The notes under the pieces were generated by a model that saw only the letters and a list, made by a program, of their open reading frames with translations, did not search any database and was not told the DNA's origin. The position numbers and the translations under genes are program-made. Shown here in pieces: positions 58,909 to 64,000 of a DNA stretch of 64,000 nt. Numbering within the stretch: position 1 is the stretch's first letter; each line of letters starts with the position of its first letter. Origin of the DNA: an uncultured bacterium (lineage in GTDB: Bacteria > SAR324 > NAC60-12). Location: contig CBFIGY010000006.1 of NCBI GenBank assembly GCA_965662235.1, positions 32,001 to 96,000 on the forward strand, given 5' to 3'.

Positions 58909-59356
58909 GGAGGCGGGCCATTTCAATGCCTGTGACCACGGCGTTGCGGCCCTGGTTTCCGGCCTTGGTTCCAGCGCGTTCAATGGCCTGTTCAATGGTG
59001 TCGGTGGTGAGCACGCCGAAGATAACGGGAACCTCGGTTTCCAGACTTGCTGAAGCGATCCCGGAGGCCGCGCTGCCGCAGACGTAGTCGTAGTGCGAGG
59101 TGGCTCCCCGGATCACCGCTCCTAGGCAGATCACGGTGTCATAATTTCCGGAAGCCGCGAGTTTTTTGGCCGCAAGGGGCAGCTCAAAAGCACCCGGTAC
59201 ATGCGCCACGGTTACGTTGTCCCGGGAGCCACCATGACGGGTGAAGGCATCCAGGGCGCCTTCCAGCAGCCGTTCGCAGATGAACTCGTTGAAGCGAGCC
59301 ACCACGATGGCCACGCGCAGGTCAGTGGCGACCAGGTCGCCTTCCAGGTGCTTCAT
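58877..59356 (-). CDS. ribH: 6,7-dimethyl-8-ribityllumazine synthase
   Basis: [26 protein letters not shown] and FGVLT. Confidence 0.98.
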   Translation of the reverse strand: MKHLEGDLVATDLRVAIVVARFNEFICERLLEGALDAFTRHGGSRDNVTVAHVPGAFELPLAAKKLAASGNYDTVICLGAVIRGATSHYDYVCGSAASGIASASLETEVPVIFGVLTTDTIEQAIERAGTKAGNQGRNAVVTGIEMARLLKQIERHTEP

Positions 59357-59685
59357 GCAGAACCTTTCTCAGAAGTGTCGTCCGCGGTTTCATCCATGCC
59401 ACGGAGCGTTTTGAAGTTGTAGAGCCCGGTGCTGTGCCCATCGCTCCAGTGGATGCGCAACGCATAATTTCCCACATACTCGCTCCCAAGGGGGTGAATG
59501 TCTGGGGGAATGCTGGAGCGCTCAAGTCGCTTCTGCCCGGTGATTTCGTCCACACACTCCGCGCACGGGCAGGCGTCCCGGAGGTCCAGAAAGGCGTAAT
59601 GGCTCTCGTGCCCGTCGCGCCAGAGGACGTAAACGTCGTCAGCAAGGAGTATTTTTTCGGGTTTGGTGCGTTTTAACTTTAACAT
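59353..59685 (-). CDS. DUF971 / GBBH-like N-terminal domain protein
   Basis: [14 protein letters not shown] and [19 protein letters not shown]. Confidence 0.92.
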   Translation of the reverse strand: MLKLKRTKPEKILLADDVYVLWRDGHESHYAFLDLRDACPCAECVDEITGQKRLERSSIPPDIHPLGSEYVGNYALRIHWSDGHSTGLYNFKTLRGMDETADDTSEKGSA

Positions 59686-59876
59686 GGGGGCTTGGCTTAA
59701 AGTGTGCAGAGGTAAGCACGCGAGAAAATCTTGTGTTTGTCTGTCAATTTACAGTAACTGATTGGACTTCTCAAGCAGTGAACTCCGGAGGACTTCAGGC
59801 GTTCTGAGAGACTCAAGCCTGAGCACTGTACCGCCCTTCCGGCCTTTCTCCAGGGATCCTTCATCACAGAATCATT

Positions 59877-60245
59877 ATGTCAGAAACGACAGGAAAATTT
59901 TCCTCCATTCCTCAGGCTCCGGTTCCAGAGGGGGCTAAGGAGCACTTCGAGTCCATGTCGAAGAAGACAGAGTCCTTTCACGTGGCGAAGGACCAGCTTC
60001 TGAGCGCCAGCACCAAGGAAGAGCTGAAGAGCAAGCTTCCCATCGCCATTGTCCTCAAGAAGAACCTCAAGCAGGACGTGGATCAGATCTACACGCGGTT
60101 CAAGGAGTTCAAGGAGAACAATCCGGATCCGGATGAGGTGCACGAGTTCAAGGAAGCCTGCAACAACATCATCCGTGATGCCCAAAAGGCGCATCAGGAA
60201 ATCAAGAACAAGGTGTACGCGGTGTACGACAAAAAGACGTCGTGA
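59877..60245 (+). CDS. Hypothetical charged helical protein
   Basis: 122-aa ORF with strong GC3 codon bias (AAG/GAG); GTGA overlap with tmk. Confidence 0.75.
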   Translation: MSETTGKFSSIPQAPVPEGAKEHFESMSKKTESFHVAKDQLLSASTKEELKSKLPIAIVLKKNLKQDVDQIYTRFKEFKENNPDPDEVHEFKEACNNIIRDAQKAHQEIKNKVYAVYDKKTS

Positions 60246-60898
60246 CCTCACCTTGGCCTCCAAACCATCCTCCGCACCCTCGTGCCGGCCGGTTCCTGAC
60301 CTTTGAAGGAATTGACGGCTCCGGAAAATCGACCCAGCTTGAGCGGACCCAGCAGTGGTTGGAAGCTCAGGGACGCCCGGTGCTGGTCACCAAGGAGCCC
60401 GGAGGCACCTTCATTGGTCAGCAGATCCGAGAGGTGCTCCTGCACCCAGACCACCAGGCGCTCTGTGAGGTGAGCGAACTCCTGCTTTATTTGTCCGATC
60501 GGGTACAGCACCTGCAAGAAAAGATTCTGCCGGCGTTGCAGGCAGGGACCTGGGTGCTGTGTGACCGCTTCCACGACTCAACGGTCGCCTATCAGGGATA
60601 CGGACGAGGGCTGGACCTTTCAGCACTTGACTCCGTGGTGGCGCACCACATTGCCCCTCATGTTCCCGACCGGACCTTCTGGTTGGACCTGTCTCCCCAG
60701 CAAAGCCTTCAGCGCCTGCAACAGCGAGGACGCACCCCGGATCGCCTTGATCAGGAATCCCTAGCCTTTTTTGAACGGGTGCGACGCGGTTACCAGGCCC
60801 TGGCGCAGTCGCAGCCTCATCGCCTAGTGCCCCTTGACGCAGAAGCGTCCATTGAGGACCTTCATCAGCAGATCATTTCGCAGCTGTCCGCGTTCTGA
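60242..60898 (+). CDS. tmk: Thymidylate kinase
   Basis: FEGIDGSGKSTQ, KEPGGT and CDRF.DST.AYQG. Confidence 0.97.
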   Translation: MTSPWPPNHPPHPRAGRFLTFEGIDGSGKSTQLERTQQWLEAQGRPVLVTKEPGGTFIGQQIREVLLHPDHQALCEVSELLLYLSDRVQHLQEKILPALQAGTWVLCDRFHDSTVAYQGYGRGLDLSALDSVVAHHIAPHVPDRTFWLDLSPQQSLQRLQQRGRTPDRLDQESLAFFERVRRGYQALAQSQPHRLVPLDAEASIEDLHQQIISQLSAF

Positions 60899-60940
60899 AT
60901 TTCGTCTGTCATTCTTTCATTCCCAGCCAATAAAGCCTTC

Positions 60941-61687
60941 ATGCGCAGCGTATCGTTCCAGAGACCCTTGGAGTATCAACTTGTCACTGAAACAGAAGAA
61001 TGGACCCAGGGAGACTTCATCCGGGGGACGCTCCGAATTGCCAACAACGGTGGCGAATCGACTCCGCCACAGGTGGCGCACGTCATCCTAGCGCATGCCC
61101 TCAAGAAGGACCTCAAGGCTGGAGACGCCAACTGGCAGGTGTTTGAGCGGGTTGAAATGGAGGTGCCGGCCCTGAACGCGCAGGAGGCTCACATCGGGGA
61201 GTGGGAGCTGCACTTGCCGTCAGAAAGTCCGATTACGGACAAATCCGGAGCCCTGCACCTGGTTTTCGGAAACGACGAGGCCTTGGAAACCGGCGGACGC
61301 ATTGACCTGCAGGTGACGCTGCATCCCATTTTGCAGAGCTTCCTGCAGACCTTCACGACGCAGTTCAAGTTTCTGGAAAAGTACCAGAAGAGCGTGGAGG
61401 GTTGGACTGAGGTGAAGCTGGTGCCTCCGGACTCTCGGGAGTATCCGCAGCTGGACGAGCTGCTCCTGCAGTTCCGCATCCTGCAAGAACGGCTGGAGAT
61501 CCGTTACGGGTTCCGGGTCCGCTCCCTCAAGCGAGAGGGCGAGAGCATGAAGGTCCGGCGTAAGAAGAAGGAGGTGGAGCAGGCTCTGGATTCCACAGAA
61601 TACCTGCTCCCCGGGGGCTTTCCGAACCGCAATCTTTTGCGGGAAAGCATTGACGCCGCCTTGGAAGAAGTCCGCAGCGGCTTCTGA
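60941..61687 (+). CDS. Hypothetical protein (possible SpoOM/arrestin-like N-terminal sandwich)
   Basis: 248-aa ORF; GDFIRGTLRI...LPSESPIT weakly recalls SpoOM-like proteins. Confidence 0.6.
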   Translation: MRSVSFQRPLEYQLVTETEEWTQGDFIRGTLRIANNGGESTPPQVAHVILAHALKKDLKAGDANWQVFERVEMEVPALNAQEAHIGEWELHLPSESPITDKSGALHLVFGNDEALETGGRIDLQVTLHPILQSFLQTFTTQFKFLEKYQKSVEGWTEVKLVPPDSREYPQLDELLLQFRILQERLEIRYGFRVRSLKREGESMKVRRKKKEVEQALDSTEYLLPGGFPNRNLLRESIDAALEEVRSGF

Positions 61688-61693
61688 AGGAGG

Positions 61694-62245
61694 TTATGCG
61701 AGGTCGGCTTTCAGTGCTGCTTTTTGCTCTGGAAGCAGGTCAAACTCCAGCCGCATTTCCGGGTGCTCACACCCAAGAGAAACCGGCGCCGAGCCTTGGG
61801 TGTCAAACTTGAGGTACTGCACCGAGGAAAGGCGCTCTTCTCCCACCTGCCGGGCATCAAACTGCGCGTAGGCCCGTTTCCCATTTTCCAGCGATAGGTA
61901 GAGCTTCTCCGGAAGCCCCAGCAGCTTGCGCAGCTGAACGTCGCGCTCCTCCGGGGTGGCGTACTCAATCAAGAGGACGCAGCCCAACTCGCCGGCCTCT
62001 CCGATCAGCTCATTGTACGTGTCCACTTCGTGCTGAATGGCGGATTCCTTGACCAGCCGTTCTGTCCGGACCATCTCCTGAATCTGGTACCGAACCGTGT
62101 CCGTGTTCTCAAACAGGAAGGTCAGGTGGTCTCCCACATGGACGCGACGGGCTTCCTTGGTCTTCAGCATGTTGACGCGGATGGCGTCGCGCTGCTCCTC
62201 ATAGGTTTCGTAATCCAGAATCTCACTGCGTTGTACCTTTTGCAT
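61694..62245 (-). CDS. DUF3501 family protein
   Basis: RRVHVG...FLFEN..TVRYQIQEM.R.E, YNELI and LSSVQYLKF; in the rubrerythrin cluster. Confidence 0.9.
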   Translation of the reverse strand: MQKVQRSEILDYETYEEQRDAIRVNMLKTKEARRVHVGDHLTFLFENTDTVRYQIQEMVRTERLVKESAIQHEVDTYNELIGEAGELGCVLLIEYATPEERDVQLRKLLGLPEKLYLSLENGKRAYAQFDARQVGEERLSSVQYLKFDTQGSAPVSLGCEHPEMRLEFDLLPEQKAALKADLA

Positions 62246-62246
62246 C

Positions 62247-63608
62247 CTACGACTCCTCTTTCGGGGGAACGACTTTTTGAGGGAATCCATCTTCTCGGTA
62301 CGCCCGTGCCAGAATGGACATCGGGTGCAACGGACGGACTCCAGCGAACTGCTTGAACTGGATGGCCGCCAACGGACAGTCGGTGGCCCATACTTCGGCA
62401 TTGCCTTCTTTCATGCCGTCAAAAGCTTTCTGACCAATGCGTCCGGAGTCTTCAAACGACTCGACCTTCATGGCGTAGGTGCCATCGTGTCCGCAGCACT
62501 CCATGGTGGTGCTGGCCTTCACGCCAGGAATCTGGCGGAGCAGATCGCGTCCCTTGAAGCCGACACTCTGGGCACGGAGGTGACACGGGGCATGGTAAGA
62601 AACCTTCTCTCCGGGGGTGCTCTTAAAGTCCTTGTTGAAGCGCTCTTCCTTCCGGATGTTCCAAAGGAAGTCGGTGGGGTTCTGAATGGCGTCCGCCAGC
62701 TTCTTTGCCCGCTCTCGATCAGCGCCCGCCAAGAGCTCCGGATACTCCCGGGACATCATCATGGAGCAGGTCGGATTGATCGCCAATACCTTGGCGCCCG
62801 ACTCAACGTAGGGCATGAGGATGTCTAGGTTGTGCTTGGCCTGCTTCCGGACCTGCTCGAGGTTGCCTTGCTCCCAAGAGGGCATGCCGCAGCACTGAAG
62901 CCCCTTTGCGCAGGCGCAGCGGACTTGGTTCTTTTCCAGCACCTTGAGGGTATCAAATCCAATTTCCGGCTCATTGTTCTGCACGTAGCAGGTCTGGAAG
63001 AGCACGGCTTCTACCTGATCGGAAGCATTCTTGATCTTGCCCTGCACCTCGGCCTGCTTCTCAAACGTTTGGGCGGCGAAGTCGGGCAGGTCCTTGTCTC
63101 GGTGGATGCCGAGGACCTTCTCCATCAGCCACCGGTGCGCCTGAACGCGGTTCATGACATTGGCCATGCCGAAGCTGGCGCGGGCGGCTTTGGCGGAGGC
63201 ATCCGGGTTGCCGAGCACCTTGTCCCGCAGGGTCGGTGTCTTGCGCGTTGCTTCTTGTGCCTTGTAGCGGTGCACCAGCTTCGGGAAGTCGAGCTGGAAC
63301 TCGTGCTCCTCACGGGGGGTGTAGGGGCACTGCACTTCGCAGAGCTTGCACTGAAAGCAGGCGTCCATGATCCGGGACGTGTCCTGATCGTTGACCCGGC
63401 GGACGTCACCGTCGTAACGGTTGTCCAAGAGGTCAAAAAGAATCGGAAACGAGTCGCAGTACTTGAAGCACATGCGGCATCCGTGGCACAGCTCATAGGC
63501 CCGTGTCAGTTCCTTCTGCAACGCTCCTGAGTCCCAGTATTTCGGTTCTTCCGGGTCATAAGAGAGCCCGTCCGTCGGGGTGTAGGAGATTCGTTCGTCT
63601 GCGCTCAT
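62247..63608 (-). CDS. Rubrerythrin-associated Fe-S oxidoreductase (GlpC-like, CCG domains)
   Basis: CHGCRMCFKYC, CFQCKLCEVQCP and two CCG motifs. Confidence 0.92.
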   Translation of the reverse strand: MSADERISYTPTDGLSYDPEEPKYWDSGALQKELTRAYELCHGCRMCFKYCDSFPILFDLLDNRYDGDVRRVNDQDTSRIMDACFQCKLCEVQCPYTPREEHEFQLDFPKLVHRYKAQEATRKTPTLRDKVLGNPDASAKAARASFGMANVMNRVQAHRWLMEKVLGIHRDKDLPDFAAQTFEKQAEVQGKIKNASDQVEAVLFQTCYVQNNEPEIGFDTLKVLEKNQVRCACAKGLQCCGMPSWEQGNLEQVRKQAKHNLDILMPYVESGAKVLAINPTCSMMMSREYPELLAGADRERAKKLADAIQNPTDFLWNIRKEERFNKDFKSTPGEKVSYHAPCHLRAQSVGFKGRDLLRQIPGVKASTTMECCGHDGTYAMKVESFEDSGRIGQKAFDGMKEGNAEVWATDCPLAAIQFKQFAGVRPLHPMSILARAYREDGFPQKVVPPKEES

Positions 63609-63712
63609 ATCCAATTCAGAAACAGTGGTTGTGGTCTGTGGCGGCGGGTCCGTCCAGACCATGGGGAGCCCCAGAAGGCAGCGGGAGCGCCTCTGGGACC
63701 CATTCAGGAGAC

Positions 63713-64000
63713 TCAGGAAATGCTGTCGAGCATTTGCTGGAAGCGTCCGGCGTGAGACTTTTCGGCCTTGGCCAGGGTCTCAAACCAGTCTGCGATCTCG
63801 GGGAAGCCCTCTTCGCGAGCGGTCTTCGCCATGCCCGGGTACATGTCGGTGTACTCGTGGGTCTCACCGGCGATGGACGCCTTCAGGTTGTCCTCGGTGT
63901 CACCGATCGGCAGACCGGTTGCGGGGTCACCCACCTTGCGGAGGTAGTCCAAGTGACCGTGAGCGTGGCCGGTTTCGCCTTCAGCGGTTTCACGGAAGTT
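63713..64000 (-). CDS. Rubrerythrin (short form without rubredoxin domain; 5' truncated by window)
   Basis: [19 protein letters not shown] and AEKSH diiron motifs; ends without a CxxC domain. Confidence 0.93.
   Translation of the reverse strand, partial: NFRETAEGETGHAHGHLDYLRKVGDPATGLPIGDTEDNLKASIAGETHEYTDMYPGMAKTAREEGFPEIADWFETLAKAEKSHAGRFQQMLDSIS

Noticed and set aside
59760..59840. TPP, glycine or FMN riboswitch near ribH/DUF971
   Set aside because: Only a CTGAGA/CTCTCAG fragment matches and the other conserved cores are absent.

Overview
Gene-dense, roughly 60% GC bacterial chromosome segment made up mostly of core genes. The gene repertoire and protein style suggest a SAR324/deltaproteobacteria-like organism (inference only). 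It contains purA, pyk, rlmN, pyrB, ruvB, an oversized GlnD-like protein, LPS/heptose genes, tRNA-Gly(GCC), a multi-LysM lytic transglycosylase, argB, a seven-to-eight-gene heme-copper oxidase operon divergent from a CsoR-boxed copA, a NusG paralog operon, phaR-gatB-ccmCDE-ntrY, trmFO, a FecR/lipoprotein/beta-barrel module, dut, mpl, a dynamin-like GTPase, M23-bactofilin-FtsB, ribH, tmk and a rubrerythrin-FeS oxidoreductase-DUF3501 cluster. I saw no CRISPR array, IS element, integrase or rRNA. The most striking observation is the A1-type cytochrome c oxidase subunit I: all metal ligands are intact, but the K proton channel appears naturally lost (equivalent to K362M, T359I, S299A, S365C) and new membrane carboxylates appear. 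Other notable signals are an unannotated 43-aa membrane ORF in that operon, a highly iterated TCCGGA palindrome, CCTAG enrichment, a lipoprotein rich in D-N-x-S/T sequons, and a tandem CDP-alcohol phosphotransferase fusion.
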